Source of the DNA: an uncultured Parcubacteria group bacterium
Lineage (GTDB): Bacteria > Patescibacteriota > Minisyncoccia > UBA6257 > 2-01-FULL-56-20
DNA: 64,000 bases
Direction: 5' to 3'
Assembly (NCBI GenBank): GCA_903944135.1
Contig: CAJAQL010000006.1
Coordinates: forward strand, 9,425-73,424
Within the stretch, counting starts at the first letter, position 1. Each line of letters opens with the position of its first letter. The notes beneath the pieces are model-generated. The model was not told where the DNA came from. It searched no databases and saw only the letters and a program-made list of their open reading frames with translations. The position numbers and the translations under genes are program-made. Positions 39,158 through 49,339 of the stretch are shown here, in pieces.

Positions 39158-39197
39158 TGATATGAAAGATCCGCCAGAAGGCGGATCTTTCATATCA
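39158..39197. terminator. Bidirectional terminator (perfect palindrome)
   Basis: tgatatgaaagatccgcc-agaa-ggcggatctttcatatca. Confidence 0.7.
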
Positions 39198-39232
39198 AGA
39201 ACAATCAATCAATATCGATCGTTCTTGGATCT

Positions 39233-40609
39233 TTAGAGCGGCGGCAGAGCGTCCACGGCGGAATAGCGCTTGTCGATGGTCTTGAAGGTGGCTCGTTCGG
39301 CATCGAATTTGAGATCAATCGTACCAAGAGCGCCGTTCCGATGTTTCGCAACGATGATTTGAGTTGTACCCTGTTCTTCTTCGCCATAGCTTGCGTTCTG
39401 ATCGCGATCCTTACGATAAATGAACATAACGACATCCGCATCCTGTTCAATGGAACCTGATTCCCGGAGATCGGACAGCCGCGGCATGCCACCACGCTGC
39501 TCAATGCCGCGCGAGAGCTGGGACAGCGCCAGGACCGGCACCTTGAGCTCACGGGCAAGCGCCTTGAGACCGCGCGAGATCTCCGTGACCTGGGAAACGA
39601 CGTTATCGCTCGAGGTGCGCGGCCGAATAAGCTGGAGATAATCAACGATCAAGAGATCAAGTCCGTGCTCGACCTGAAGCCGCCGCGCCATAGAGCGCAT
39701 CTGGATGACATTAAGGGAAGGGGAATCGTCGACGAATATTTTTGCATTCGAAAGCTTCTCGAGCCCGCTCTGTATCATGGCGAATTCCGAATCATCCTCG
39801 ATACGCCCCGTCAAAATATGCCACAATGGCACCTGGGATGTCGCCGAAATGACGCGATCGACGATCTGTTCGCGCGACATTTCGAGGGAAAAGAGACCAA
39901 CCGTAGCGCCGGTGAACGCCGCCTGACGCGCAATGTCGAGCGCCAAGGATGTCTTACCCACCGACGGCCGCGCGCCGAGCACGACGAGTTCCGATTTTTG
40001 AAGGCCTGAAAGAATCGTGTCGAGCTCCGCAAAACCGGTCGGCACGCCGCGCAGCTTGTTGCCGCCCGCGTGGAGCTTTGCAATGCGATCCGCCGCAGTC
40101 GCGAGTTCATCTTTCACGGCCACGAAGTTCTGGGGAAGCGAATGTTCCGAGATCGAAAGTATCTTCTGCTCGATCTCATCCATCAGATCTTCCATGTTCC
40201 GCTTCGGCACGAACGCCATTTCGGTGATCTCCGCCGCAGCCCTGATCAGATCGCGCAGAGTCTTTTTCTCCTTCACGATGGTCGCGTAATGCGCAACATG
40301 CGATGCGGTCGTCACCTGATTCGTAAGTTCCGCAAGATAGCTCGATCCGCCGACCTCAGAAAGCGCGTCCTTTTCTTTGAGATAGGTCGTGAGCGTCATC
40401 ACGTCGATCGGTTGGCGTTTTTCATAGAGCGAAAGGATGGCTTCGAATATCTTCTCGTGCTGGGGCGAATAAAAATCGATTGGCGTCAAAATATCGGCGA
40501 CATGAAAGATCGCATTCTTATCGATCAAAATACTGCCCAAGACCGCGGCTTCGGCGTCGAGATTCTGCGGCGGAATTTTAAGCTGGGATTTTTTGGATGG
40601 AATGGACAT
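39233..40609 (-). CDS. dnaB: Replicative DNA helicase DnaB
   Basis: N-terminal DnaB domain, Walker A GARPSVGKTSLAL, Walker B LLIVDYLQL; no intein. Confidence 0.9.
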   Translation of the reverse strand: MSIPSKKSQLKIPPQNLDAEAAVLGSILIDKNAIFHVADILTPIDFYSPQHEKIFEAILSLYEKRQPIDVMTLTTYLKEKDALSEVGGSSYLAELTNQVTTASHVAHYATIVKEKKTLRDLIRAAAEITEMAFVPKRNMEDLMDEIEQKILSISEHSLPQNFVAVKDELATAADRIAKLHAGGNKLRGVPTGFAELDTILSGLQKSELVVLGARPSVGKTSLALDIARQAAFTGATVGLFSLEMSREQIVDRVISATSQVPLWHILTGRIEDDSEFAMIQSGLEKLSNAKIFVDDSPSLNVIQMRSMARRLQVEHGLDLLIVDYLQLIRPRTSSDNVVSQVTEISRGLKALARELKVPVLALSQLSRGIEQRGGMPRLSDLRESGSIEQDADVVMFIYRKDRDQNASYGEEEQGTTQIIVAKHRNGALGTIDLKFDAERATFKTIDKRYSAVDALPPL

Positions 40610-40629
40610 ATTCTTTCGTTATTATAATT

Positions 40630-40700
40630 TTGTCATGGTCCGCGGAGGCGGACCATCCATGCTAGAAGCACGGGTCATCCGCCTACGCGGCCGATGACAA
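40630..40700. repeat. GC-rich palindromic repeat units
   Basis: atggtccgcggaggcggaccat and gtcatccgcctacgcggccgatgac. Confidence 0.65.
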
Positions 40701-40702
40701 AT

Positions 40703-42070
40703 CTAAAACATTTTCTTCACAAGGTGCGAACCGTTTTCCGTATCCCGTACTTCGTATCCTAAGTCTTCCAGTTCTTTCCACAAGCCGTCGGACTGCATAA
40801 ACTGTTTATTAGCTCTGCATTCGTTATATTGAGCCAATTTTTCAACGATAAAAGGTGGTAGTTCCTCATTTTTTCTTACCATGTCCAGACCGAGCGTCTG
40901 ACTGAACGAATCAAGCAAAACCCGTTTTTCTTTTGCGGACAGGTCTTTATCCTTGATCACGTCGAACATGGTCGCAAGCGCCACGGGCGTGTTCAGATCG
41001 TCGGAGAGCGCCGCATCGAATTTTTCTTTCCATACCGATAACGTACCCTGATCTTTTCGTTTTTCCTCTTTGCGGTCTTCCTCCCGCAGTTCGAGATAGC
41101 GATTGGAAAGATTCTCGAGCGCCGCTGCCGCCTGCAGGGCGAGCTCGTCGGAAAAATCGACAGGGGAGCGGTAATGGTTCGCAAGCGCGATCCAGTGCAG
41201 AACTTCGGGGGGATATTTTTTGAGAAAATCCCTGATCGTGATGAAATTACCCAAGCTCTTCGACATCTTTTGTCCTTTGACCGTGAGAAATCCGGTATGC
41301 ATCCAGAATCGTACAAAGGGTTTCAATCCGGACGCGGATTCCTGTTGGGCAAGTTCGGCTTCGTGATGGGGGAATTTCAGATCGAGCCCCCCGCCATGGA
41401 TATCATATTGCGGACCGAAATAATATTCGGAAATTGCCGTGTCCTCGATATGCCATCCAGGACGGCCGTCGCCGATCGCCGTCTTCCAGACGGGCTCTCC
41501 CGGTTTCGAAAATTTCCACAAACAAAAATCTCCTTTGTTCCGCTTGGCGCCAGCATCATCGATCCGCGAAACTCCATCTTCGGCCTGCGCAACGGTCCGG
41601 CCGGATAATTTTCCATAGTCTTCATCTTTGGAAATATCAAAATACCATCCATCGCCGCCGATTTTATATGCAAAACCTTTATCGATCAGCCGTTCCACCT
41701 GAGCGACGATCTGGGAGATGAAGTCCGTCGCCGGAGCATAGCGGCTCACCGCATCAACGCCAAGTGCCTGCATATCCTCCAGATATGCCCGAGAAAACTC
41801 TTTTGCGAGCGCTTCGGGCTTTATGCTGCGTTCAGCCGCACGTGCAATGATCTTATCGTCAAGATCGGTGACGTTCTGAAGATAGGTGACTTCATAGCCC
41901 TGCGAGCGCAGATATTTCACGAAAAAATCAAAAAAGATATAGGTACGCGCGTGGCCGATGTGCGCATAATCATAAACGGTCGGTCCGCAGACGAACAAAC
42001 GGATCTTTTGCTGTTCTTCCGGCGCGGGAAACGCTTCTTTCTTCCGTGAAAGAGTATTATAAAGTTCCAT
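40703..42070 (-). CDS. cysS: Cysteine--tRNA ligase
   Basis: HIGHARTY (HIGH), KMSKSLGN (KMSKS) and Zn-binding Cys residues. Confidence 0.9.
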   Translation of the reverse strand: MELYNTLSRKKEAFPAPEEQQKIRLFVCGPTVYDYAHIGHARTYIFFDFFVKYLRSQGYEVTYLQNVTDLDDKIIARAAERSIKPEALAKEFSRAYLEDMQALGVDAVSRYAPATDFISQIVAQVERLIDKGFAYKIGGDGWYFDISKDEDYGKLSGRTVAQAEDGVSRIDDAGAKRNKGDFCLWKFSKPGEPVWKTAIGDGRPGWHIEDTAISEYYFGPQYDIHGGGLDLKFPHHEAELAQQESASGLKPFVRFWMHTGFLTVKGQKMSKSLGNFITIRDFLKKYPPEVLHWIALANHYRSPVDFSDELALQAAAALENLSNRYLELREEDRKEEKRKDQGTLSVWKEKFDAALSDDLNTPVALATMFDVIKDKDLSAKEKRVLLDSFSQTLGLDMVRKNEELPPFIVEKLAQYNECRANKQFMQSDGLWKELEDLGYEVRDTENGSHLVKKMF

Positions 42071-42094
42071 ATATAAGTTATAATATCATTACCC

Positions 42095-42901
42095 ATGAAA
42101 AAACGGAAAAAGCTCGGTCTGGCGCTCGGAAGCGGCGGACCGCGCGGCCTCTATCATATCGGCGTCTTAAAGACGCTCGCAAAACATAATATCCCCGTTG
42201 ATTACATCGCGGGATCGAGCGTCGGCGCCTGGGTCGGCGCATATTATGCGTTGCATCAGGATATCGCACAGCTTGAAGAACTGACCAGCGGAAACAAGAC
42301 CGAAAAATTCATCAGTATGTTCGAATTTTCCTTGTCCGGCGGGCTCATTAAAGGAGAAAAATTGGAGCGTCTTTTGAATGAATGGCTGAAAGGTGCAAAA
42401 TTCAGCGATACGAAAATCCCGTATCGTGCGGTTGCAACCGATCTTAAAGCCGGCATTCCTTTTGTATTTGAAACCGGAAAGCTCGCACCGGCGCTTCGCG
42501 CAAGCATGGCGATTCCGGGAGCATTCAAACCGGTCGCATATAAGAACAAAATACTGATCGATGGCGGTGTTTCAAACCCCGTACCGGACGATATTGTGCG
42601 ACAGATGGGTGCCGATGTCGTTCTCGCGGTCGATCTTAATGGCGTCCCACAGGGCAAGGACATGAAAAATGTAAAGATCAAAACCATCAGCGAAACCCTG
42701 AAAACGGCGATCAATATCCTGTGCTATCATCTGGCGATCGCAACAACACGGGACGCCGATATCGTCCTGCGGCCATATCTCGAGAAATACGCAAGCTGGA
42801 CCGATTATTTTCTCACGAACAATGGCTATGAGGCGATCGTCCTTGGCGAACAAGACACCGAAAAGATAATTCCGACCCTGCGCAGAAAATTGAAAGGATA
42901 G
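42095..42901 (+). CDS. Patatin-like phospholipase
   Basis: GSGGPRG oxyanion hole, GSSVGA (GxSxG) and DGG. Confidence 0.85.
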   Translation: MKKRKKLGLALGSGGPRGLYHIGVLKTLAKHNIPVDYIAGSSVGAWVGAYYALHQDIAQLEELTSGNKTEKFISMFEFSLSGGLIKGEKLERLLNEWLKGAKFSDTKIPYRAVATDLKAGIPFVFETGKLAPALRASMAIPGAFKPVAYKNKILIDGGVSNPVPDDIVRQMGADVVLAVDLNGVPQGKDMKNVKIKTISETLKTAINILCYHLAIATTRDADIVLRPYLEKYASWTDYFLTNNGYEAIVLGEQDTEKIIPTLRRKLKG

Positions 42902-43183
42902 AAGAATTAAAGAAAATGGAGATCTTCGATAGGCTCAGAAGACAGAATGACAGGAAGAATAAAAAATCGAGGAAAGATAGCTCATTTTGCGGCTGATATA
43001 TCAAATCTACGAAGTCTTAGTTAATAGGATATCTGTTGTAAGATGAGCGCATAGTTGGTTTTATATACATACGTCGTAAAACATATATTGTGCGACAGAT
43101 AGTATATATAAAGAAACATCAAAAACGACCATTCCCTACCGTTCTAAGTCGACTTTTTTCTCTTGAACCATTAGGATAGAACG

Positions 43184-43801
43184 ATGAAAAAAGGGCTTGG
43201 CTTTATCTTTTTATTTTTCTGCGTCGTAATTCTCCTGAACTATCTTGTTTTATCGATGCGTTCGCTCCATTTTCCATCCCTATTTACCACCACATCGAAC
43301 AATACGGTTTATGATGGACTTCCATATGTTGATGTTAACTTCTTCAGCCCGGATGGCGAAGGCAGGAGCTATATCACCCAAGGCTACGGTGTCACACCCT
43401 ATGCCTATCTTTACGTAAACCATTGGCATGACGGGATCGACATTGCTGCGAACTATGGAGAAAAGATCTATTCACCGGTGGACGGAACCGTTTTTGCGAC
43501 CGGCGATCAGGACAATTACTGCTATCATCTTGGATTTGGAAAATATGTCGCCGTGAAGGATGATGCAAAAGATACCGTGTTCTGGTACGCTCACCTCGGC
43601 ACGATCGCGGTATCACCGGGAATGAAGATTAAAAAAGGCACAGCGATCGGAACGGTCGGCACAACCGGATATGAGTTCGGTGTCCATCTTCATCTTTCAA
43701 TATTCGACGAAAACGGATTTTCGATGCAAAATAGAAATGGATGCGGTCCGGATCCTACCGGAAAAGATATCGACCCAATCCCCTTTTTAAAAACACTATA
43801 A
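43184..43801 (+). CDS. M23 family metallopeptidase (membrane-anchored)
   Basis: N-terminal TM; HDGIDIAA (HxxxD) and GVHLHLSI (HxH). Confidence 0.8.
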   Translation: MKKGLGFIFLFFCVVILLNYLVLSMRSLHFPSLFTTTSNNTVYDGLPYVDVNFFSPDGEGRSYITQGYGVTPYAYLYVNHWHDGIDIAANYGEKIYSPVDGTVFATGDQDNYCYHLGFGKYVAVKDDAKDTVFWYAHLGTIAVSPGMKIKKGTAIGTVGTTGYEFGVHLHLSIFDENGFSMQNRNGCGPDPTGKDIDPIPFLKTL

Positions 43802-43804
43802 AAA

Positions 43805-45151
43805 ATGAAAAACAACGATAATCAGAGGTTTATTTATTTCATCGGTATCGGCGGTATCGGTATCAGTGCTCTTGCGCGGCTTTATCATGCAAAAGGCTGG
43901 CGCGTCGCAGGCTCTGACACGACGCCGAGCGAGCTGATCGCAGCGCTCCGCAAAGAAGGGATCCAGGTGACCATTGGCCATAAAAAAGAAAACATAAAAC
44001 CCAATTTCGATCTCGTGATTTATAATCGGGCCATCCATCAGGATAATCCGGAAATTCTTGCCGCAAAAAAACTCCGCATCAAAACGCTCACCTATGCGGA
44101 GATCATGGGAAAATTAACGGAAGAATATGCTACGATCGCGATCACGGGCTCGCACGGCAAAAGCACGACCACGGCGCTTGCGGCGCTTGCGCTTATGAAA
44201 GGAAAATGCGACCCGACCGTGCTCATCGGTACGACGCTTAAAGAATTCGGAGGAAAGAATATCCGTATCGGCGGGAGCGACTATCTCGTGATCGAGGCAG
44301 ATGATTTCGGCGCGGCGTTCACCGCCTATTCCCCTACCGTCGCGATCGTCACGAACATCGACAAGGAACATCTCGATTTCTACAAAAATTTCAATAACGT
44401 GAAAGTGGCATTCCTGAAATTCCTGTCGCGTGTGAAACCGGGCGGTCTCATGATCTTAAATCGCGAAAATGCCGTATTGTGGAGCCTGCACGATCGCATT
44501 GCCACGACCGCAAAGAAAAATGAAGTGACGGTCGCCTGGTATGCCGCGACCGGCGCGGCGGCTAAAAAAATAAAGGAAGTCATTTCTCTTCCTGGCGCGC
44601 ATAATATCTCGAACGCTACCGCCATCTATGAGCTCGGCAGGTTCCTCGAAATTCCAGAAAAGGATGTTCTTTCGGCTATTCACGGCTATCGCGGGGCATA
44701 TCGCCGCATGGAGCTTCGCGGAAAGTTCAAAGGTGCACCAGTCTTCGACGATTACGCGCATCACCCGACCGAGATCGCGGCGACGCTTCAGGCATTTCGC
44801 GAAAAATTCCCAAAGAAAAAGATACTCTGCGTCTTCCAGCCGCATCAAGTCCAGCGGACGGCACTCCTCTTTAAAGAGTTTCAGACCGCCTTCAATGGCG
44901 CCGACGAAACGCTCATCTTGCCGATCTACCATGTTGTCGGCCGTGATACGGTCATCCCGAATCGCGATTCCGCGGCGCTCGTGCGCGCAATCCAGAAAAA
45001 ACAGCCGCGCAAACCGATTTTTTATCTTGCAGATCCCAAAAAATTGAGAGAGGCCGTTCTGGCACTTGATGGCACTCCCCTCTCGAATAAAGTGATCATC
45101 ATGATGGGTGCCGGCGACATCGTAAAAATGACGGATAAGCTGATAAGATAA
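43805..45151 (+). CDS. murC: UDP-N-acetylmuramate--L-alanine ligase
   Basis: FIGIGGIGISALA…, ITGSHGKSTTTA and the Mur ligase central and C-terminal domains. Confidence 0.9.
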   Translation: MKNNDNQRFIYFIGIGGIGISALARLYHAKGWRVAGSDTTPSELIAALRKEGIQVTIGHKKENIKPNFDLVIYNRAIHQDNPEILAAKKLRIKTLTYAEIMGKLTEEYATIAITGSHGKSTTTALAALALMKGKCDPTVLIGTTLKEFGGKNIRIGGSDYLVIEADDFGAAFTAYSPTVAIVTNIDKEHLDFYKNFNNVKVAFLKFLSRVKPGGLMILNRENAVLWSLHDRIATTAKKNEVTVAWYAATGAAAKKIKEVISLPGAHNISNATAIYELGRFLEIPEKDVLSAIHGYRGAYRRMELRGKFKGAPVFDDYAHHPTEIAATLQAFREKFPKKKILCVFQPHQVQRTALLFKEFQTAFNGADETLILPIYHVVGRDTVIPNRDSAALVRAIQKKQPRKPIFYLADPKKLREAVLALDGTPLSNKVIIMMGAGDIVKMTDKLIR

Positions 45152-45154
45152 ATC

Positions 45155-45232
45155 ATCTGTCATGTCGAGCCGCGCGAGACATCTCCGAGGCACTTGCTAA
45201 GCCAGATTTCTTGCAAAACTCGGAATGACATT
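45155..45232. repeat. GC-rich palindromic repeat unit
   Basis: ctgtcatgtcgagccgcgcgagacat…actcggaatgaca. Confidence 0.6.
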
Positions 45233-45270
45233 TTTATTGCAAAGAAACGTGTTATCATATCTTAACTATT

Positions 45271-46041
45271 ATGGCATTCAGCGAATATCAGGACATTGAA
45301 GATTTCAAGGAACAATGCGGCTATACGATCGAGGACGTATGGTATCCGCGCGTCACGAAGATCGTGGGTATCAAAGCGAAGCCGGCGCTCTACCGGTATT
45401 ACGGCGCAGCACCGAGCTTCAAAGCGGCGCAGGAGGCCACTGAGCAATCGGCAAAAGAAGGCACGCTGGTCCACGAGACCGTCGAAGCGGCGCTTCTCGG
45501 AAAAGATCCCGAAATACCGGAATCGGTCGCGCCTGCCGTGAACGCCGCACTATCGTTCATTGAAGCCAATCGCATCGAGGTATTACCGGAAAATATCGAG
45601 CGGCGGATCGTAAACCATGATGAACGCTACGCGGGCACCATTGACGCGCTCGCACGGATCGACGGACGGCTTGGCGTTTTGGATATCAAAACATCGCAAT
45701 CGATCTATCGCGATTACGGCCTCCAAACATCGGCCTATGTAGATGCATTGAAAAACGATTTCGATGATCTCGAAGCACGCTGGATCCTTCGCATCGATCA
45801 GATCCAAAAATGCCTCCGTTGCGGCGCGCGGCGGCGGGTAAAAGGCGGCAATGAGAAGATCGCCATCGTCTGGGGTAATCCCACGCAACGGGGCTGTTCA
45901 CACTCATGGAGCGAGCTTGTAGGTGAGATCGAACTCAAAGAATTTCCCGCCTGGCGGCATGATTTCGAAGCATTCCTTGCGGCAAAGAAACTCTGGGAAT
46001 GGGAAAACGAGGATTGGCTGAAGAAGATAGGATATTTGTGA
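45271..46041 (+). CDS. PD-(D/E)XK nuclease, RecB/Cas4-like, with 4 conserved Cys
   Basis: GTIDAL (motif II D), VLDIKTS (motif III D-x-K), YGLQTSAY (QxxxY), plus one N-terminal Cys and C-terminal CLRC…GCSH. Confidence 0.55.
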   Translation: MAFSEYQDIEDFKEQCGYTIEDVWYPRVTKIVGIKAKPALYRYYGAAPSFKAAQEATEQSAKEGTLVHETVEAALLGKDPEIPESVAPAVNAALSFIEANRIEVLPENIERRIVNHDERYAGTIDALARIDGRLGVLDIKTSQSIYRDYGLQTSAYVDALKNDFDDLEARWILRIDQIQKCLRCGARRRVKGGNEKIAIVWGNPTQRGCSHSWSELVGEIELKEFPAWRHDFEAFLAAKKLWEWENEDWLKKIGYL

Positions 46042-46170
46042 TCCTTCCGCAGAATCGCCTCAGGAGAAGATCTCGGCTCCGCGATCGCAAATGAAGAGAA
46101 AAATATTCCCTCCATATTTTTCGCGTTCTGAACGCAACGATCGGGAGTAGCCAAATTTTAAAACTAAACC

Positions 46171-46446
46171 TTATTTCAGATGAACGAAGAGATTGATGAT
46201 CGCCGCCAAGGCAATCATCATCCAAATGAGGTTAAGCCAGAATGGCTGATAGTCTTTCCGATAGTAAGTTTCTATCGTAACACCCAATGCACCCGTAAGA
46301 TTAAGCGCTTGATACGGAAGACTTGTCGGAGAAAGAACAGAAAAGCTCACAAAAAGATAAGCTCCGAGCGTCGCAATGACCCCGTACCACCCAAGAATAC
46401 CTGAAACCTTTCTCATCTTTTTATTATAACTTATCCGCAACAGCAC
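46171..46446 (-). CDS. Hypothetical small membrane protein (2 TM helices)
   Basis: 91 aa with two hydrophobic helices. Confidence 0.45.
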   Translation of the reverse strand: MLLRISYNKKMRKVSGILGWYGVIATLGAYLFVSFSVLSPTSLPYQALNLTGALGVTIETYYRKDYQPFWLNLIWMMIALAAIINLFVHLK

Positions 46447-46501
46447 ATGACCTCCGAACCATATCAGGGAACAGCATTCAAATAGTTATATTCCCCGGAA
46501 G

Positions 46502-46530
46502 TTGACAAATATATAATAAATATGTTATAT
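46502..46530 (+). promoter_or_regulatory. Third copy of the conserved extended promoter (TTGACA-17-TTATAT)
   Basis: ttgacaaatatataataaatatgttatat closely resembles the minus-strand promoters at 38032 and 38388. Confidence 0.5.
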
Positions 46531-46632
46531 TTGTTCCAGCATCCGGTTGACTAAGCCGGTTTGTAAATCTGCCTTTCGGGGAGGCTATCCCCGAAGAATC
46601 CGGGTCGGCTAGGCCTGGACAGGAGAAGCGTC

Positions 46633-47166
46633 ATGTTGGATGAGAGATCTGACTTTTTCAAAAAATGCACGACCGTATTGCTCGTGCTTGCCATGATCGC
46701 CACAGGGATCGTCGAGTTGAATAACTTCTTCTTCCCCCTTCCCTCGAATTTCATGGCTGTAACAGGGGTACTGCTTCCCCTCTTTCCGTGTGCAGCGATC
46801 ATTTCCCTGTTCCGCCTGCACCGTTGGAGCAAACTGGAAAAGCAGTTCCTGGAATTCGTCGGTGTGACCGCACCCGGCTCTCGGGACAGAGAAGCCATCG
46901 AGATGATGCAGCCGTTGGTTGACGCCAAGATGGACGAGATCTTTGAAACCATCATGGAACTCAAGGATAAGATCGAGAACCTTGGCGTAAACGAATTCGC
47001 TACCTGCACCGAAGCTTCCGGTCTCGTCGTAAAATTCAACGGCTTGAGGGCCGATATCCGAGACGAGAGAGATCGCTACGAAGACATGAGGGATCTCGTT
47101 TGCCATTTCGGATTCACGGCGAGGTCTGAGCGCAAGCGCTCCAAGGCTCTCGCAAAGAACAAATAG
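46633..47166 (+). CDS. Hypothetical membrane protein with a cytoplasmic coiled-coil domain
   Basis: 2 TM helices then a charged, helical C-terminus, preceded by a ~100-nt structured leader. Confidence 0.5.
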   Translation: MLDERSDFFKKCTTVLLVLAMIATGIVELNNFFFPLPSNFMAVTGVLLPLFPCAAIISLFRLHRWSKLEKQFLEFVGVTAPGSRDREAIEMMQPLVDAKMDEIFETIMELKDKIENLGVNEFATCTEASGLVVKFNGLRADIRDERDRYEDMRDLVCHFGFTARSERKRSKALAKNK

Positions 47167-47221
47167 TTAGGATAAACAATGGGGACCAGTCATGCTGGTC
47201 CCCTATTTCTTTATCAAAATT

Positions 47222-48289
47222 TTACAACAATCCCCTGACGTCTCGAACGGTAAGCAGTATCATGAGCAACAAGAGAAACGCAAAACCGAGGCCGTTGATC
47301 CACGCTTCCACTTTTTCAGGTATCGGCGATCCTTTTATCTTTTCAATGATGATCATGAGAAATCTGCCGCCATCAAGCGCCGGAAACGGAATGAGATTCA
47401 CGACCGCGAGATTCAGCGAAATGATGCCGAGCAATTGAACAAGATAGATAGCGCCGATGCTTCCCGTTTCTTCGGCAACTCCGAAAATACCGACCGGGCC
47501 GACGACGCCCGTGAGAAGCGACGCATGTACGAAAAGATTTTTGATCAGCTGCCAGAGCGTCTGGAATATCATCCCGGCGAGAATGAATGACGTCCTGAGC
47601 CCGTCCCACAATGCCTGAAAGAACGGCTCACGCGCCGTCCCGCCCTCGGAAAGCGCAACGCCGATCGGACCTTCATTCGGTCCGACGTTCATGCGCGGCG
47701 TGACCGTCACGTCCACTTCCTTGCCATTCCTGAGCAAAGCAATCTCTGTCGGCTGTCCGCGATGCGCATCGACGTAATTGATGAAGCTCTGCGAATCAGT
47801 GAAATTCTTTACGATATCGCCCTGCGCGATCTTTGCCATGGCCGCCGGCGAACCAGGTTCGGTCGCGGTTATGACCAGCGCCTTCGGCGTCCCGACCATA
47901 AGAACAGCAGAGACCAGGATCCATCCAAAGATGAAGTTGAAGACGATACCCGCAAGAATAATGATGCTTTTCTTCCATGCAGGCTGCGCAAAAAACAACC
48001 GCTCATGGTCAACTGGCTCCTTTTTTTCTCCGCCCGCGATCAGGGTCGGATCGTCCTCCACCATGGCAAATTCGCCGCGCTCACCCGAAATGCGTACGAA
48101 TCCGCCGAATGGCAGCCAATTCACGCTGTATTCCGTATCCCCTTTTTTCTTCGCCCAGATCCGCGGCGGAAATCCAATACCGAATTCATCCACCTTCAGC
48201 CCGAAAAGTTTTGCGCACAAAAAATGCCCGGCCTCATGGCCGAGAATCAATATCGATAGACCAACAAGAACAAGAATAAAAATGATCAT
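47222..48289 (-). CDS. rseP: RIP site-2 metalloprotease RseP (M50)
   Basis: HEAGHFLCAKLFG (HExxH), PDZ domain and the LDGG motif. Confidence 0.85.
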   Translation of the reverse strand: MIIFILVLVGLSILILGHEAGHFLCAKLFGLKVDEFGIGFPPRIWAKKKGDTEYSVNWLPFGGFVRISGERGEFAMVEDDPTLIAGGEKKEPVDHERLFFAQPAWKKSIIILAGIVFNFIFGWILVSAVLMVGTPKALVITATEPGSPAAMAKIAQGDIVKNFTDSQSFINYVDAHRGQPTEIALLRNGKEVDVTVTPRMNVGPNEGPIGVALSEGGTAREPFFQALWDGLRTSFILAGMIFQTLWQLIKNLFVHASLLTGVVGPVGIFGVAEETGSIGAIYLVQLLGIISLNLAVVNLIPFPALDGGRFLMIIIEKIKGSPIPEKVEAWINGLGFAFLLLLMILLTVRDVRGLL

Positions 48290-48457
48290 AAAAAAGTTAT
48301 CATTCCGGCAAAATTTTCCTTACGGAAACGAAAAACCAGGATCCAAAGTTTCAGTAAGACAATCATACCAAACTCTCCGTCTCTGCGATACTTGACGATC
48401 ATAGAATAACGTGCCTAAAATAAATCGGTAAGAGTAGGCGAGAAATAGGAGGCGTCT

Positions 48458-48604
48458 ATGATCTGGATGGTGGTAGTAGGTGTTCTGCTTGTGATCGTAC
48501 CGCTCGTGAGCGCACTCATTCCGAGACCTCACCCCGTCAGTGCCTTTGGTGGAGCTTGTGTTCTGTTAGGGATCATCCTGCTCATTCTCTCCATCGGCGC
48601 ATAG
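48458..48604 (+). CDS. Candidate 48-aa hydrophobic micro-protein
   Basis: Perfect SD aggagg 6 nt before the ATG. It encodes MIWMVVVGVLLVIVPLVSALIPRPHPVSAFGGACVLLGIILLILSIGA and is followed by a GC hairpin at 48609-48645. It is below the ORF-track cutoff. Confidence 0.35.
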   Translation: MIWMVVVGVLLVIVPLVSALIPRPHPVSAFGGACVLLGIILLILSIGA

Positions 48605-48714
48605 TTCTAAAAAATGGGCGCGCAACCGCAAGGAAGCGCGCCCAAATTATTCTGAGCACCGAATCCCCGCCGGAACGCAGGCGAATGCCGGGATGAAAGG
48701 ATCAAGAATGGTGA

Positions 48715-49275
48715 CTATTCCCCTAATTCGTTCAATTTTTCATCAACCATCTTTTCGATCTCGGCATTCACCCGATCCATCACTTTCTGGATCTTTTCCT
48801 TCCCCTTGAAAACGTCGTCCTTCGTCAGTTCCTTCGCCGCCTCGCCGTCTTTCACGCGCTTCATGATATCGTCGCGCCGCGCGCGAAGCTGAATGCGTGC
48901 GGTCTCCGCTGTTCTCTTTACCAGTTTTGTGAGCTCATCCCGACGCTCATCGCCCAACGCCGAAACCGTCGCCCGGATAGTCGTACCATCATTCGACGCC
49001 GTAAGCCCCATATGCGCCGCCTCGATCGCCTTCATGATCGGATTTACCGCATCCTTGTCCCAAACCGTTATCTGGATGCTCCGCGGCGGAAGTATCGAGA
49101 TCGATCCAAGTTCACGGATACTGAGCGTCCGGTCGTATAAACTGAGCGTGATGTTCTGGATCGCATCCGCGGATGGCCGATTGCCGCGAATGCCGCCGAT
49201 ATCCGTTTTTAATTTTGCGACAACGACCGAGAGGTCCGCTTCAAGATCTTTGATGATTTGTTCCATAGCTGTCAT
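48715..49275 (-). CDS. frr: Ribosome recycling factor
   Basis: Full-length RRF with conserved DRTLSIRELG…ILPP and RDEL motifs. Confidence 0.9.
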   Translation of the reverse strand: MTAMEQIIKDLEADLSVVVAKLKTDIGGIRGNRPSADAIQNITLSLYDRTLSIRELGSISILPPRSIQITVWDKDAVNPIMKAIEAAHMGLTASNDGTTIRATVSALGDERRDELTKLVKRTAETARIQLRARRDDIMKRVKDGEAAKELTKDDVFKGKEKIQKVMDRVNAEIEKMVDEKLNELGE

Positions 49276-49339
49276 TTTTTAATGATACCAAAAAATCAGT
49301 TGATAGGAAATTGCGAGGATGGCCTCGCTTTTTGTTTTG

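Noticed and set aside
49290-49330. Hairpin gcgaggatggcctcgc plus T-run on the plus strand with no upstream plus-strand gene
   Set aside because: It is probably the 3' processing or terminator structure of the minus-strand tRNA-Thr transcript region, or an orphan. It is not a separate feature of interest.
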